Below are positions 20,121 through 30,463 of a DNA stretch of 64,000 bases, in pieces; the first letter of the stretch is position 1, and each line of letters opens with the position of its first letter. The position numbers were made by a program, and so were the translations under genes. Source of the DNA: an uncultured Candidatus Rokubacteria bacterium (GTDB lineage Bacteria > Methylomirabilota > Methylomirabilia > Rokubacteriales > CSP1-6). The notes under the pieces are model-generated. The model was not told the DNA's origin, made no database searches, and saw only the letters and a list, made by a program, of their open reading frames with translations. The stretch is from contig CAVYTA010000006.1 of the NCBI GenBank assembly GCA_963771355.1, forward strand, positions 640,001 to 704,000. Reading direction: 5' to 3'.

Positions 20121-21058
20121 GCGCGACGCGCCTCCGGGGCGGCGGGCTCGTGCTCGCCTCGCTGTTCCTGCACGCCATGGCGATCGTGGGAGCGTCGACG
20201 CTGGCGCTCCGCGCGCCGGTGGAGCCGCTGTTCGTGGACCTCACCCACGACGGCGCAGCCGACGTCGAGACCCGCGCGGGGGAGAGCCGGGCGACCTCGT
20301 CACGGCCCGAGCCGGCGCCTGGAGCCGGCGCGCGGGCTCGCCGGACGTCCCCGCCGTCATCGGGAGCGGGTGCGCCCGCTCCCGCCTCGTCGCCGGCGCG
20401 ACCTGTGACCGAGCGACCGCCCGACACGAGTGCTTCACCCGCCACCACGCCCCCGGTCGTCCCGTCTTCCGCGGCCAGCATGCCGACCGAGGCACCCGCG
20501 CCCGAGTCCGAGAAGCCCGCGGTATCGCCCCAGCGGCGGTGGAGCGGCCGACGGTGGATCCGGCGGCGCCGCCCGCCGAGTCTGCTCATGAGCCCCGGCC
20601 CAGCGGACCGAGCACGCTCGCGCGCGGCCCGGCGTCCCCGTCCGGGGGGAGCCGCCCGGCGGGCGCCGTGCCCGAGGTCGGAGGAGATGGAGCCGGTCCC
20701 GGCATGGCGGCGCCGGGCGGCGGCGCGGCTTGTGCTGGCGCTGCCCGGCGACGGTCGCGGCGGAGTGCCCGCCGAGTACGGCCCCTTCCTCGCGCGATTC
20801 CGCCGCAGCGTGGAGGACGCCCTCGTCTATCCGCTGGCGGCGCGCCGGCAGCGGCTCGCCGGCCGCGTCGAGCTCGACGTGCTCCTCGAGCCCGGCGGGC
20901 GCGTGACCGCCGTGGAGATTCACACGTCCTCTTCGCATGGAGTGCTCGACGAGGCCGGGATCGCGGCGGTGCGATCGCTGCCGCCCATGCCGCTCCCGGA
21001 GGGCCTGCCACGCCGGCCCCTGCGTATCCGGCTTCCACTCGACTTCCAGCTGCGCTGA
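20117..21058 (+). CDS. tonB: TonB family energy transducer (central region has probable compensating indels)
   Basis: N-terminal SLFLH TM, Pro/Ala linker, C-terminal YPLAARR..G.V...SSS..LDEAG. Confidence 0.78.
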   Translation: MSATRLRGGGLVLASLFLHAMAIVGASTLALRAPVEPLFVDLTHDGAADVETRAGESRATSSRPEPAPGAGARARRTSPPSSGAGAPAPASSPARPVTERPPDTSASPATTPPVVPSSAASMPTEAPAPESEKPAVSPQRRWSGRRWIRRRRPPSLLMSPGPADRARSRAARRPRPGGAARRAPCPRSEEMEPVPAWRRRAAARLVLALPGDGRGGVPAEYGPFLARFRRSVEDALVYPLAARRQRLAGRVELDVLLEPGGRVTAVEIHTSSSHGVLDEAGIAAVRSLPPMPLPEGLPRRPLRIRLPLDFQLR

Positions 21059-21073
21059 GCCGACTGGGCCGCC

Positions 21074-21994
21074 ATGCTGACCCTCCTGATCGCCCTCGCG
21101 CTGGATCTGGCGCTGGGTGATCCGCCGAGCCGCTGGCATCCGGTGGCCTGGGTGGGCCGCGCGCTCGACGCGGGCCGCCGCCGGCTCGCGGGCCGGCCCC
21201 CGCGCCGGCTGCTCGTCGGCGGGGCGGCGCTCGTCACCTCTGTAGCTGTTGGCGCCGCGGTGGTCACCCTGACGCTCGAGCGCGTCGCGGCGCCCTGGCC
21301 TCTGGCGGCGCTCCTGGTCGACGCCGCGCTCCTCAAGGGCGCCTTGTCCGTTCGCGGGCTCTTCGCCGCCGTCTCGGGCGTGCGGCATTCGCTCGAGGCC
21401 GGCCGGCTCGAAGCCGCGCGGGCGGCGCTGGGCCGAGATCTGGTGAGCCGACCGGTGGAATCGCTCGATGCGGGACATGTGGCCTCGGGCGCCATCGAGT
21501 CCCTCGCGGAGAATCTCACCGACAGCCTGGTGGCGCCGGTGCTCTTCTTCCTGCTGGGGGGCGTGCCCGGGGCCTGGGCATACCGGGTGGTGAACACGGC
21601 GGATGCGATGCTCGGCTACCGGGAGGGAGAGCTCGAGCATCTGGGCAAGGCGGCGGCGCGGCTGGACGATGCGCTCAGCTGGGTGCCCGCGCGGCTGGCC
21701 GCCGCGGGCCTGGTGGCGGGCGCGGCGCTGGCCGGAGGCTCTGGAACCAAGGCGTGGCGGCTCCTCCGGCGCGACGGAGGAAATACGGCGAGCCCCAATG
21801 CGGGGCGCACGATGGCGGCCATGGCCGGCGGGCTCGGCGTGCGGCTCGTGAAGCCCGGTCTTTACTCGCTCGGCGACGGTGCCCTGCCGGACCCGCCGGC
21901 GATCGGACGCGCCTTGCGCGTGGCCGCGGTCGGAGCCGCCCTGGCCATGCTGGCGGCGACGCTCGGGCTCGCCGGCCTCGAGCGACTCATCTGA
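21074..21994 (+). CDS. cbiB: Adenosylcobinamide-phosphate synthase
   Basis: GDP...HPV, ESLAENLTD, YRVVNTADAMLGYR, SPNAG. Confidence 0.94.
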   Translation: MLTLLIALALDLALGDPPSRWHPVAWVGRALDAGRRRLAGRPPRRLLVGGAALVTSVAVGAAVVTLTLERVAAPWPLAALLVDAALLKGALSVRGLFAAVSGVRHSLEAGRLEAARAALGRDLVSRPVESLDAGHVASGAIESLAENLTDSLVAPVLFFLLGGVPGAWAYRVVNTADAMLGYREGELEHLGKAAARLDDALSWVPARLAAAGLVAGAALAGGSGTKAWRLLRRDGGNTASPNAGRTMAAMAGGLGVRLVKPGLYSLGDGALPDPPAIGRALRVAAVGAALAMLAATLGLAGLERLI

Positions 21995-23463
21995 TGGGGC
22001 GGACGCCGGCGATCATGCTGCAGGGCACCGGCTCGCACGCAGGCAAGAGCGTGCTCGCCGCGGGCCTCTGCCGGCTCCTCTTCCGCCATGGGCTCCGTGC
22101 CCTGCCGTTCAAGTCCCAGAACATGTCGAACAACGCCCACGTGACCGCGGCCGGCGAGGAGATGGGCTGGGCCCAGGCCATGCAGGCCGAAGCCGCCGGT
22201 GTCGAATCCAGGGTGGAGATGAACCCGGTGCTGCTCAAGCCGGAGGGCGAGGATCGCAGTCAGGTGGTTCGCCTGGGACGCGTCCTCACCACGGTGCCGG
22301 CGCGCGAGTACCCGAGGCTGGCCCCGGCGCTCTGGCCGGCCATCGCCGAGAGCTATGCGCGGCTCGCCGCCGAGGCCGACGTGATGGTGCTCGAGGGCGC
22401 GGGGAGCCCGGCCGAGCCCAATCTCGCGCGCCACGACCTGGCGAACATGCGCGTGGCCCGACTGGCGGGCGCCTCCGTGCTCCTCGTCGGGGACATCGAT
22501 CGCGGTGGGGTGTTCGCGAGCCTTGCCGGCACCATGCTGCTGTTGCCCGAGCGCGATCGGCGGCTGGTTTCTGGGTTCATTCTCAACAAGTTCCGTGGCG
22601 ACGCCTCACTGCTCACTCCAGCAGTGAGAGACCTTCGCCGCCGCACCCGCCGGCCGGTGCTGGGCGTGGTGCCGTACCTCCCCGACCTGGCCCTGCCGGA
22701 GGAGGACTCGGTGGCGCTCGAGACTTTCGTGCCGCGCCGGCGGCCCGGCGCCCGCGCGCGCATCGCCGTGATCCGCCTGCCGCGCATCGCCAACTTCACC
22801 GATCTGGCCGCGCTCGAGTCGGAGCCCGAGGTGGAGCTCTCCTATCTCGACGACCCGTCGCGGGTCCAGTCACGCGATCTCCTTGTCCTCCCGGGCAGCA
22901 AGGACACCATCGCCGATCTCCGGTTCCTCAAGGCGCGCGGGTTCGCCGCCGCCATCCGGGCCCATGCCGACGGCGGCGGCGCCGTGCTGGGCATCTGCGG
23001 CGGATACCAGATGCTCGGCGCGCTGGTCGAGGACCCGGACGGCATCGAGCGCGGAGGATCGGAGTCCGGCCTCGGGCTCCTGCGCGTGCGCACGCGATTG
23101 CGGCCCACCAAGGTCACACGCCGCGTGCGCGCCCGCTGGCTCCCGCATGGTCCGGACTTCGACGGCTACGAGATTCGCGCGGGCGAGACGATGCTCGGGC
23201 CGGGCGCCCGGCCCCTCGTGGAGGCGGCGGGCGGGGTGGCCGGCTGCGCCGGGGACGCGGGGCGCGTCTGGGGGCTGTCCGTGCACGGGCTCTTCGACTC
23301 CCCGGCCTCGCGGCGGCACGTGCTCCGGTGGTCCGGCGGAGACGACGTCGGAGGGACGGGAGGCGGGGCTCGGGCGATGCGCGACACCGCCTACGACCGC
23401 CTGGCGGATGCCGTCGAAGCCGGCGTCGGAATGGACGTGCTGCGGCGTCTCCTCAGACGCTGA
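21994..23463 (+). CDS. cobQ: Cobyric acid synthase
   Basis: GTGSHAGKS, PFKSQNMSNN, NPVLLKP, EGAGSPAE, GICGGYQMLG. Confidence 0.96.
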   Translation: MGRTPAIMLQGTGSHAGKSVLAAGLCRLLFRHGLRALPFKSQNMSNNAHVTAAGEEMGWAQAMQAEAAGVESRVEMNPVLLKPEGEDRSQVVRLGRVLTTVPAREYPRLAPALWPAIAESYARLAAEADVMVLEGAGSPAEPNLARHDLANMRVARLAGASVLLVGDIDRGGVFASLAGTMLLLPERDRRLVSGFILNKFRGDASLLTPAVRDLRRRTRRPVLGVVPYLPDLALPEEDSVALETFVPRRRPGARARIAVIRLPRIANFTDLAALESEPEVELSYLDDPSRVQSRDLLVLPGSKDTIADLRFLKARGFAAAIRAHADGGGAVLGICGGYQMLGALVEDPDGIERGGSESGLGLLRVRTRLRPTKVTRRVRARWLPHGPDFDGYEIRAGETMLGPGARPLVEAAGGVAGCAGDAGRVWGLSVHGLFDSPASRRHVLRWSGGDDVGGTGGGARAMRDTAYDRLADAVEAGVGMDVLRRLLRR

Positions 23464-23548
23464 TTCAAGCAAAATTGCTTCGCCCCCGCTCGGGCCCGGG
23501 GGTATCATTTCTCATCGCCGCCACGCGCGGCGTTTTTCGTCTTCACCC

Positions 23549-25261
23549 ATGTCGCGTCACCCGGAGAGATCCCTGAACGTCACCGACACCTTGACCGACG
23601 CCTTCCGTCGCGCCCTCGCGCGCCACGGAATGCCCGAGCCGCGCGGCGTGGTCTGGCAGCTGCCGCGGGGCGAGCACGGCGCCGACTACGCCACGCCCTC
23701 GGCGATGGCCTATGCCAAGCAGCACGGGCTGGACGCGGGCGCGGTGGTCGCCATGGTGGTGGCGGAGCTGGAGGCCTTGCCCGAGGTGGCGAACGCGGAG
23801 GGCGCGGGGCCGGGTTTCATCAACGTCATCCTCGCGCGCGACTCGATCTCGGCGCAGCTCCGCGGGGTGCTCGCGGCCGGCGCGCGCTACGGCGGGAGCC
23901 GCGCCGCCGCCGACCGCCACTACCGTCTGGAATTCGTGTCCGCCAATCCCACCGGCCCGCTGGTAATCGTCAACGCGCGGGCGGCCGCGGTGGGGGATGC
24001 GCTCGCACGCATCCTCCGCTCGCAGGGCGCCCGCGTCGAGTCCGAGTACTACGTCAACGATGCGGGGAATCAGTTCCAGGCGCTGGCCGCCTCGGTGGAG
24101 ACGCGGCTGCGTCAGGCGCTGGGCGAGCCGGCGGAGCTGCCGGAGGGCGCCTATCCGGGAGAGTACCTGGTCGAGTTCGCCGACGAGTGGCTCGCGCGCG
24201 ATCCCGCCGGCGTCCGGGCGGCGCTGGCCCTGCCCGAGGCGGCGCGGCGCGAACAGCTGGGGCGCGAGGTGGTGACGGCCATGGTCGCCGGCCATCGCGC
24301 CGTGCTCTCCCGTTTCGGCACCGACGTGGAGCGGTGGGTGCACGAGGCCCGCGACGTGCGCGCGACGGGCTTGCCCGAGCGCGCGATCGCGCTCCTCACC
24401 GCGGGCGGGCACATCTACGAGCAGGACGGCGCGCTCTGGTTCCGCTCCACCGCGCTGGGTGACGACAAGGACCGCGTGCTGCGGAAGTCCGACGGCGAGC
24501 TCACCTACTTCGCGGTGGACATCGGCTTCCACCACTTCGTGAAGTTCGCCGCCCGGGACGCGCACGTCGTCGACTTCCTCGGTCCGGACCATCACGGCTA
24601 TGTCGGGCGAATCCGGGCGGCGATGCGGGCGCTCGGCCATCCCGACGAGGCCTTCGACATCCTGATCGTGCAGCTGGTCACGCTGCTGCGCGAGGGCCAG
24701 CCGGTGCGGATGTCGAAGCGGCGGGGTGAGTTCGTCCTCATGGAGGAGCTGCTGGAGGAAGTCGGCCGTGACGCCGCGCGTTTCACTTTCCTCACGCGCC
24801 GCCACGACAGCCCGCTGGACTTCGACCTCGCGGTGGCCACGCGCCAGAGCGCCGACAACCCGGTCTACTACGTCCAGTACGCCCACGCCCGGGTGGCCAG
24901 CCTCTTCAAGACGGCGGCGCAGCAGGGGGTGGCGGTGCCGCCGTGGGACCAGGTGGACCTGACCCCGCTCGCGCTTCCGGAGGAGCAGGCGCTGATCAAG
25001 CGCGTGATCCAGTTCACCGAGGTCCTGATGGGCGCCGCGCGGGCCCGCGAGCCGCACCGCCTCGCGTTCTATCTGACGGAGCTGGCCGCTGAGTTTCACC
25101 CATACTACAAGGCGCATCGGATCATCACCGAGGATCGCCGGATGACCCTGGCCCGGCTCGGGCTCGCCGCCGCGGTGGGCCAGGTGATACGGAACGGCCT
25201 CGAGCTGCTTGGCGTATCGGCTCCGGAGAGCATGTCGAGAGAGGGGACCCCTGAACCATGA
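23549..25261 (+). CDS. argS: Arginine--tRNA ligase (start uncertain)
   Basis: GPGFIN, EFVSANPTGPL, EYYVND.G.Q, G.DHHGY, MSKRRG, NPVYYVQYAHAR. Confidence 0.95.
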   Translation: MSRHPERSLNVTDTLTDAFRRALARHGMPEPRGVVWQLPRGEHGADYATPSAMAYAKQHGLDAGAVVAMVVAELEALPEVANAEGAGPGFINVILARDSISAQLRGVLAAGARYGGSRAAADRHYRLEFVSANPTGPLVIVNARAAAVGDALARILRSQGARVESEYYVNDAGNQFQALAASVETRLRQALGEPAELPEGAYPGEYLVEFADEWLARDPAGVRAALALPEAARREQLGREVVTAMVAGHRAVLSRFGTDVERWVHEARDVRATGLPERAIALLTAGGHIYEQDGALWFRSTALGDDKDRVLRKSDGELTYFAVDIGFHHFVKFAARDAHVVDFLGPDHHGYVGRIRAAMRALGHPDEAFDILIVQLVTLLREGQPVRMSKRRGEFVLMEELLEEVGRDAARFTFLTRRHDSPLDFDLAVATRQSADNPVYYVQYAHARVASLFKTAAQQGVAVPPWDQVDLTPLALPEEQALIKRVIQFTEVLMGAARAREPHRLAFYLTELAAEFHPYYKAHRIITEDRRMTLARLGLAAAVGQVIRNGLELLGVSAPESMSREGTPEP

Positions 25262-25921
25262 GGAACGCGCGTGGCGGCGGTGGCTTCTTCCAGCGGGTGG
25301 GCCTGGTCATGGCCGCCCTCGCGATTCTCGCGCTCACCTTCACGCTTGGGCATTCTCGTCGGACGGCAGTGGGGCGGGCGCGGAGCTCCGGCGCCGACGG
25401 TGGCAGTGGAGGCGGCCAAGAAGCCGACGGTGGCCGCGCGGCGCAGCGGTCTCACGGAGGCTGAGCCGGACCGACCGCGTGAGCCGCAGGAAAAGCTGAC
25501 CTTCTACCAGACTCTCACCGCGCCCATGGGCCCGACCGGCTCATCGGCCCGGGCGCGGGCGGCGGAGGACAGGTCGCGCACGGGCGGGTCGGCCCTCCCC
25601 ACCTCCGCGTCGGCTCCTGCCGCGCCGCCGGTCTCCTCGCCCGCGGCCACCGAGGCCGCCGCCGCACCCGTCGGCACCGGCGCGTCCACGAGCTGGAGCG
25701 TGCAGGTCGGCGCTTTCCGCAGCCGCCAGCAGGCCGACGGGATCCAGAAGCAGCTCGCGGAGGCGGGCTTCCCGGTCTCCCAGAGCGCGGTGGCCGCGCG
25801 GGACGGGCAGCCGCGGTACCGGGTGCGCGTGGGCGGAGCGCGCTCGCGCGACGAGGCGCTGCAGCTGGCCGAGCGCGTCCGCGCCCGGGTGCCGGTCACG
25901 ACCTTCGTCACTGCCAACTGA
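25258..25921 (+). CDS. SPOR-domain cell division protein (one frameshift near 25350)
   Basis: TM ...LTFTLG in one frame continues ILVGR...KLTFYQTL...WSVQVGAF...YRVRVG in another; extra G in a G run. Confidence 0.8.
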
Positions 25922-25928
25922 GGCGGTG

Positions 25929-26456
25929 ATGCCCGACCGGCCGGGGCGCGTCCTGATCTCGCGTGACGAGATCGCCGCGCGGATCGGCGAGCTGGGGCGG
26001 GCGATCGGGCGCGAGTACGCGGGCCGTAACCCCCTCCTGGTCGGCGTGCTCAAGGGTGCCGCCATCTTCCTCTCCGACCTCATCCGCGCCATTCCCGTTC
26101 CCATCGCCATCGACTACATGGGCGTGGGCTCCTACGGCGGCGAAGCTCGCTCCTCGGGCATCGTGCGCCTCACCGCCGACCTGTCCGTCTCCATCGAGGG
26201 CCGCGACGTGCTGATCGTCGAGGACATCGTGGACTCGGGCCGCACCCTCGACTTTCTCCGGCAGAACTTCGCCACCCGGCGCCCGCGCAGCGTGGCGGTG
26301 TGCGTGCTGCTCGACAAGATCGAGCGCCGCGAAGTGGACGTGAAGCTCGACTACGTCGGCTTCGTCATTCCCGACCACTTCGTGGTCGGCTACGGGTTCG
26401 ACATTGGGGAGATCTATCGAGGGTTACCCGACATCCATGTGCTGGACCGGGGCTGA
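25929..26456 (+). CDS. hpt: Hypoxanthine phosphoribosyltransferase
   Basis: GVLKGA, VLIVEDIVDSGRTL, FVVGYGFD. Confidence 0.95.
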   Translation: MPDRPGRVLISRDEIAARIGELGRAIGREYAGRNPLLVGVLKGAAIFLSDLIRAIPVPIAIDYMGVGSYGGEARSSGIVRLTADLSVSIEGRDVLIVEDIVDSGRTLDFLRQNFATRRPRSVAVCVLLDKIERREVDVKLDYVGFVIPDHFVVGYGFDIGEIYRGLPDIHVLDRG

Positions 26457-26541
26457 CCTTGCTGGCCGCCGGGGCGGTCGTGGGTGACGTCGGGGGGCGC
26501 GCCGAACCACGCATGTGGGCCTGTGGTATACTTTTTGCGCC

Positions 26542-28356
26542 ATGAATCCCTTCTACAAGAACCTCGCCCTGTGGATGGTGATCGGCCTGATCGTCATCCT
26601 CCTGTTCAACCTCTTCCAGGCCAAGGAATCCCCGCGAGACGAGATCGTCTTCTCGGACTTCCTGAAGAAGGTCGAGACGGGAGAGGTGCGAGAGGTCACT
26701 CTGCGCGGCAACATGGTGAGCGGGAAGCTCGCCAACGGCGAGTCGTTCCGCACCATGACCGCGGACTACCCCGACCTCGTGAAGGTCCTCAAGGACCGCG
26801 GCGTCCGCATCATCGTGAAGCCGATCGACGGCAACCCCTCCTACTTCGCGATCTTCCTGCAGTGGGTACCCATGCTTCTCTTCATCGGCGTCTGGATCTT
26901 CTTCATGCGCCAGATGCAGGGCGGGGGAGCCAAGGCGCTTTCCTTTGGCAAGGCGCGGGCGCGGCTCATCTCGGAGAAGCAGAACAAGGTGACCTTTCAG
27001 GACGTGGCGGGTGTGGACGAGGCCAAGGAGGAGCTGCGGGAGATCATCGAGTTCCTCAAGGACCCGCCCCGCTTCCAGAAGCTCGGGGGCAAGATCCCCA
27101 AGGGCGTGCTCCTGGTGGGGCCTCCCGGCACCGGCAAGACCCTCCTCGCCAAGGCCATCGCCGGTGAGGCCAATGTCCCCTTCTTCTCCATCTCCGGGTC
27201 CGACTTCGTCGAGATGTTCGTGGGCGTGGGGGCTTCCCGTGTGCGCGACCTCTTCGAGCAGGGCAAGAAGCACGCGCCCTGCATCATCTTCATGGACGAG
27301 ATCGACGCGGTGGGCCGCCATCGCGGGGCCGGCCTGGGCGGCGGTCACGACGAGCGCGAGCAGACGCTCAACCAGCTCCTCGTGGAGATGGACGGCTTCG
27401 AGACCAATGAGGGCGTGATCCTCATCGCGGCCACCAACCGGCCCGACGTCCTCGATCCCGCGCTCCTCCGGCCCGGCCGCTTCGACCGCCAGGTGGTGGT
27501 GGCGCGGCCCGACGTGAAGGGCCGCGAGGAGATCCTCAAGGTCCACTCCCGTCGCATCCCCCTCGCCCCCAAGGTGGATCTCTTCGTGCTCGCGCGCGGA
27601 ACCTCCGGCTTCTCCGGAGCGGACCTGGCGAACCTCGTCAACGAGGCGGCCCTCCTCGCCGCCCGCCAGGACAAGAAGACGGTGGAGATGATCGACTTCG
27701 AGAACGCCAAGGACAAGGTGCTGATGGGCGTGGAGCGGCGCTCCATGATCATCCCCGAGGCCGAGAAGCGCACCACCGCCTATCATGAGGGCGGGCACGC
27801 CCTGGTGGCGTACCTCCTGCCGGGTGCGGATCCCCTCCACAAGGTCACCATCATTCCTCGCGGGCGGGCGCTGGGCCTCACCATGCAGCTGCCCACCGAC
27901 GACCGGTACAGCTACTCCCGGGAATACCTCATCAACCAGATCACCATTCTTCTGGGCGGCCGCGCCGCCGAGGAGCTCGTCTTCCAGCAGCAGACCACCG
28001 GCGCCGGCAACGATCTCGAGAAGGCCACCGAGATGGCGCGGAAGATGGTTTGCGAGTGGGGCATGTCGGAAAAGATGGGCCCGCTCACCTTCGGCAAGGG
28101 CGAGGAGCATATCTTCCTCGGCCGCGAGGTGTCGCGCCCGAAGGACTACAGCGAGGACACCGCGGTAATCATTGACTCGGAGATCAAGCGGATCGTGACG
28201 GAGTGCGCGTCGCGGGCGAAGGCGCTGCTCGAGACCAACCTCGAGAAGCTCCATCTCCTCGCGCGCTCTCTCCTCGAGCGCGAGACGCTGGACGGCGAGG
28301 AGATCAACCGCATCCTCATCGCGAGGCCCTTCCAGGAGGCGCCGGCCCCGGCCTGA
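26542..28356 (+). CDS. ftsH: ATP-dependent zinc metalloprotease FtsH
   Basis: [36 protein letters not shown]. Confidence 0.98.
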   Translation: MNPFYKNLALWMVIGLIVILLFNLFQAKESPRDEIVFSDFLKKVETGEVREVTLRGNMVSGKLANGESFRTMTADYPDLVKVLKDRGVRIIVKPIDGNPSYFAIFLQWVPMLLFIGVWIFFMRQMQGGGAKALSFGKARARLISEKQNKVTFQDVAGVDEAKEELREIIEFLKDPPRFQKLGGKIPKGVLLVGPPGTGKTLLAKAIAGEANVPFFSISGSDFVEMFVGVGASRVRDLFEQGKKHAPCIIFMDEIDAVGRHRGAGLGGGHDEREQTLNQLLVEMDGFETNEGVILIAATNRPDVLDPALLRPGRFDRQVVVARPDVKGREEILKVHSRRIPLAPKVDLFVLARGTSGFSGADLANLVNEAALLAARQDKKTVEMIDFENAKDKVLMGVERRSMIIPEAEKRTTAYHEGGHALVAYLLPGADPLHKVTIIPRGRALGLTMQLPTDDRYSYSREYLINQITILLGGRAAEELVFQQQTTGAGNDLEKATEMARKMVCEWGMSEKMGPLTFGKGEEHIFLGREVSRPKDYSEDTAVIIDSEIKRIVTECASRAKALLETNLEKLHLLARSLLERETLDGEEINRILIARPFQEAPAPA

Positions 28357-28371
28357 GCGCTCACGATCGCC

Positions 28372-29226
28372 ATGAACCGAGCAACCTTGGCGGGACTGGT
28401 GGTCGGCGATGGCTTGGACGTGGCAGTGATCGGCGCGCTCAACCTCAGCCCGGAGTCGTTCTACGCCGGCTCGGTGGCACCCTCCCGCGACGCCCTCCTC
28501 CAGCGGGCGGAGTCCATGGTGGCGGCGGGGGCGTCCTTCCTCGACGTGGGTGCCATGTCGACCGCCCCCTATCTGGAGGGGCGCATCGAGGCCACCGAGG
28601 AGGCGGACCGTCTCGGTGAGGCGGTGCAGCTGCTGGTGGGCAAGCTGGGTATCCCGGTCTCCGCCGACACCAGTCGGGGCCTGCCCGCGCGCGCCGCGCT
28701 CCAGGCCGGCGCGCGCATCATCAACGACGTGCGCGGTCTTGCCGGCGACCCGGCCCTCGCCCGCGCGGTGGCCGAGTCCGGGGCCGGGCTCATCGTGATG
28801 GCCTCGGAGCGTGGGGGGCATGAGGGCGTGGCGCCGGCGGAGACGGTGCTCGAGTACCTCGCGGAGAGCCTCCGCTGGGCCGCGGAGGCGGGGATAGCCT
28901 CCGACCACATCGTCGTGGATCCGGGGCTCGGTTTCTTTCGCCGCCGGGGCATGCCCTGGCACGAATGGGATTGCCGGGTGCTGGCCGCGCTGCCCGAGCT
29001 GCGGGCGCTGGGTCGTCCCGTCTGCGTCGGGGCCTCGCGGAAATCCTTCATCGGCGCCCTGGCCAGGGGGGCCGACGACCCGGCCGACCGGCTACCCGGC
29101 TCACTTGCCGCCGCCACCGCCGCCGTCCTCGGCGGGGCGCAGCTCATTCGAGCTCACGACGTCGCAGAGACGGTGCAGGCGGTCCGGGTGGCGGAGGCCA
29201 TCCACCGCGCGGGAGCTCCCCGCTGA
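28372..29226 (+). CDS. folP: Dihydropteroate synthase
   Basis: LNLSPESFY, INDV, VDPGLGF, GASRKSFIG, RAHDV. Confidence 0.93.
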   Translation: MNRATLAGLVVGDGLDVAVIGALNLSPESFYAGSVAPSRDALLQRAESMVAAGASFLDVGAMSTAPYLEGRIEATEEADRLGEAVQLLVGKLGIPVSADTSRGLPARAALQAGARIINDVRGLAGDPALARAVAESGAGLIVMASERGGHEGVAPAETVLEYLAESLRWAAEAGIASDHIVVDPGLGFFRRRGMPWHEWDCRVLAALPELRALGRPVCVGASRKSFIGALARGADDPADRLPGSLAAATAAVLGGAQLIRAHDVAETVQAVRVAEAIHRAGAPR

Positions 29227-29231
29227 ACCCC

Positions 29232-30056
29232 GTGTGGGCGGTGTTCCAGTCCTTCCGGCTGCGGGACGCGGTCGACATCGCCCTCGTCGCCGTCGTGCTC
29301 TACCGCGTCCTGGTCATGTTTCGCGGCACGCGCGCGGTGCAGATGCTGGCCGGTCTGGGCGGGCTCATGGTGGCCTCCTTCCTCGCCCGCCGGCTCGAGC
29401 TCTTCAGCTCGAGCTGGCTCCTCGAGAATTTCTGGTCGGTGTGGGTGCTGGCCCTCGTCGTGCTGTTCCAGCCGGAGTTCCGCCGGGGCCTCGCCCAGCT
29501 CGGGCAGAGCCCGCTCTTCCAGGCCATGCTCGGCGTTCGGGGGGAGCAGCAGGGCCACGTGATCGACGACGTGGTCAAGGCGGCGGAGTCGCTCGCCGGC
29601 AAGCGGATGGGCGGCCTCATCGTGCTGGAGCGCACCACCGGGTTGCGGCACTACGCCGAGCTCGGGGTGCCGCTCGACGCCATCGTCTCCGCGGACCTCC
29701 TCGTGAGCCTGTTCCTGCCCTACTCCCCCTTGCATGACGGCGCGGTGTTCATCCGGGACAACCGCGTGGCGGCGGCGGGCTGCTTCCTCCCGCTCTCGCG
29801 GAATACTCAGCTGGGCCGGGCGATGGGGACGCGGCACCGCGCCGCGCTGGGGATCACCGAGGAGACCGATGCGGTGGTGCTGGTGGTGTCCGAGGAAAGC
29901 GGCCGCATCTCGCTCGCCGTGGGCGGCCACATGGAGAGCCCACTGGACCGGGAGGCACTGCGCGGGCGGCTGGGTGAGCTCTTCGCGCTGGGCGGCCCGC
30001 CCGCGCCGCGCCGGACCGGGTGGTGGATACCGGCCCGGGAGTGGCTGCGGAAGTGA
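29232..30056 (+). CDS. cdaA: Diadenylate cyclase CdaA/DacA
   Basis: Three TM helices, FQPEFRR, PLHDGA, GTRHRAALG. Confidence 0.94.
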   Translation: MWAVFQSFRLRDAVDIALVAVVLYRVLVMFRGTRAVQMLAGLGGLMVASFLARRLELFSSSWLLENFWSVWVLALVVLFQPEFRRGLAQLGQSPLFQAMLGVRGEQQGHVIDDVVKAAESLAGKRMGGLIVLERTTGLRHYAELGVPLDAIVSADLLVSLFLPYSPLHDGAVFIRDNRVAAAGCFLPLSRNTQLGRAMGTRHRAALGITEETDAVVLVVSEESGRISLAVGGHMESPLDREALRGRLGELFALGGPPAPRRTGWWIPAREWLRK

Positions 30057-30463
30057 GGCGGCTCTTCCGGCACTGGGAGCTCAAGCTCGGGGCGGTCGTG
30101 CTGTCTGTCGCGCTCTGGCTCTTCGTGATGACCTCCGAGAAGGCTGAGATAGTCCTGGCGGCCCCGGTCGAGTTCGATGAGATTCCGCCCGGCCTGGTGG
30201 TGACGGGGGAGGCACCCGAATCGGTTGACGTGCAGCTCCACGGTCTCCGCGCGGTGCTGGCGCGCCTGGCCCGGGACGAGGTGCGCGCGAGGGTCAGCCT
30301 GGCCGGCGTACGCCCCGGCGAAGTGGTGGTCCATCTCGTCCCGGACCAGATTGCCGCGCCGAGCGGGGTCACCGTGCTTCGCGTGAGCCCCTCCCGCCTG
30401 CTCGTCACGCTCGAGCCGGGCCGCGCCGCGGCGGTCCGGCCGGGAGGGGACAAGCGCCCGTGA
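30053..30463 (+). CDS. cdaR: CdaR/YbbR-like regulator (single YbbR domain)
   Basis: LKL...LSVALWLFV TM; lies between cdaA and glmM. Confidence 0.8.
   Translation: MRRLFRHWELKLGAVVLSVALWLFVMTSEKAEIVLAAPVEFDEIPPGLVVTGEAPESVDVQLHGLRAVLARLARDEVRARVSLAGVRPGEVVVHLVPDQIAAPSGVTVLRVSPSRLLVTLEPGRAAAVRPGGDKRP

Noticed and set aside
25340..25360. Programmed frameshift in the SPOR gene (also tonB, TPR)
   Set aside because: No slippery heptamer or stimulator seen; a homopolymer indel error is more parsimonious.
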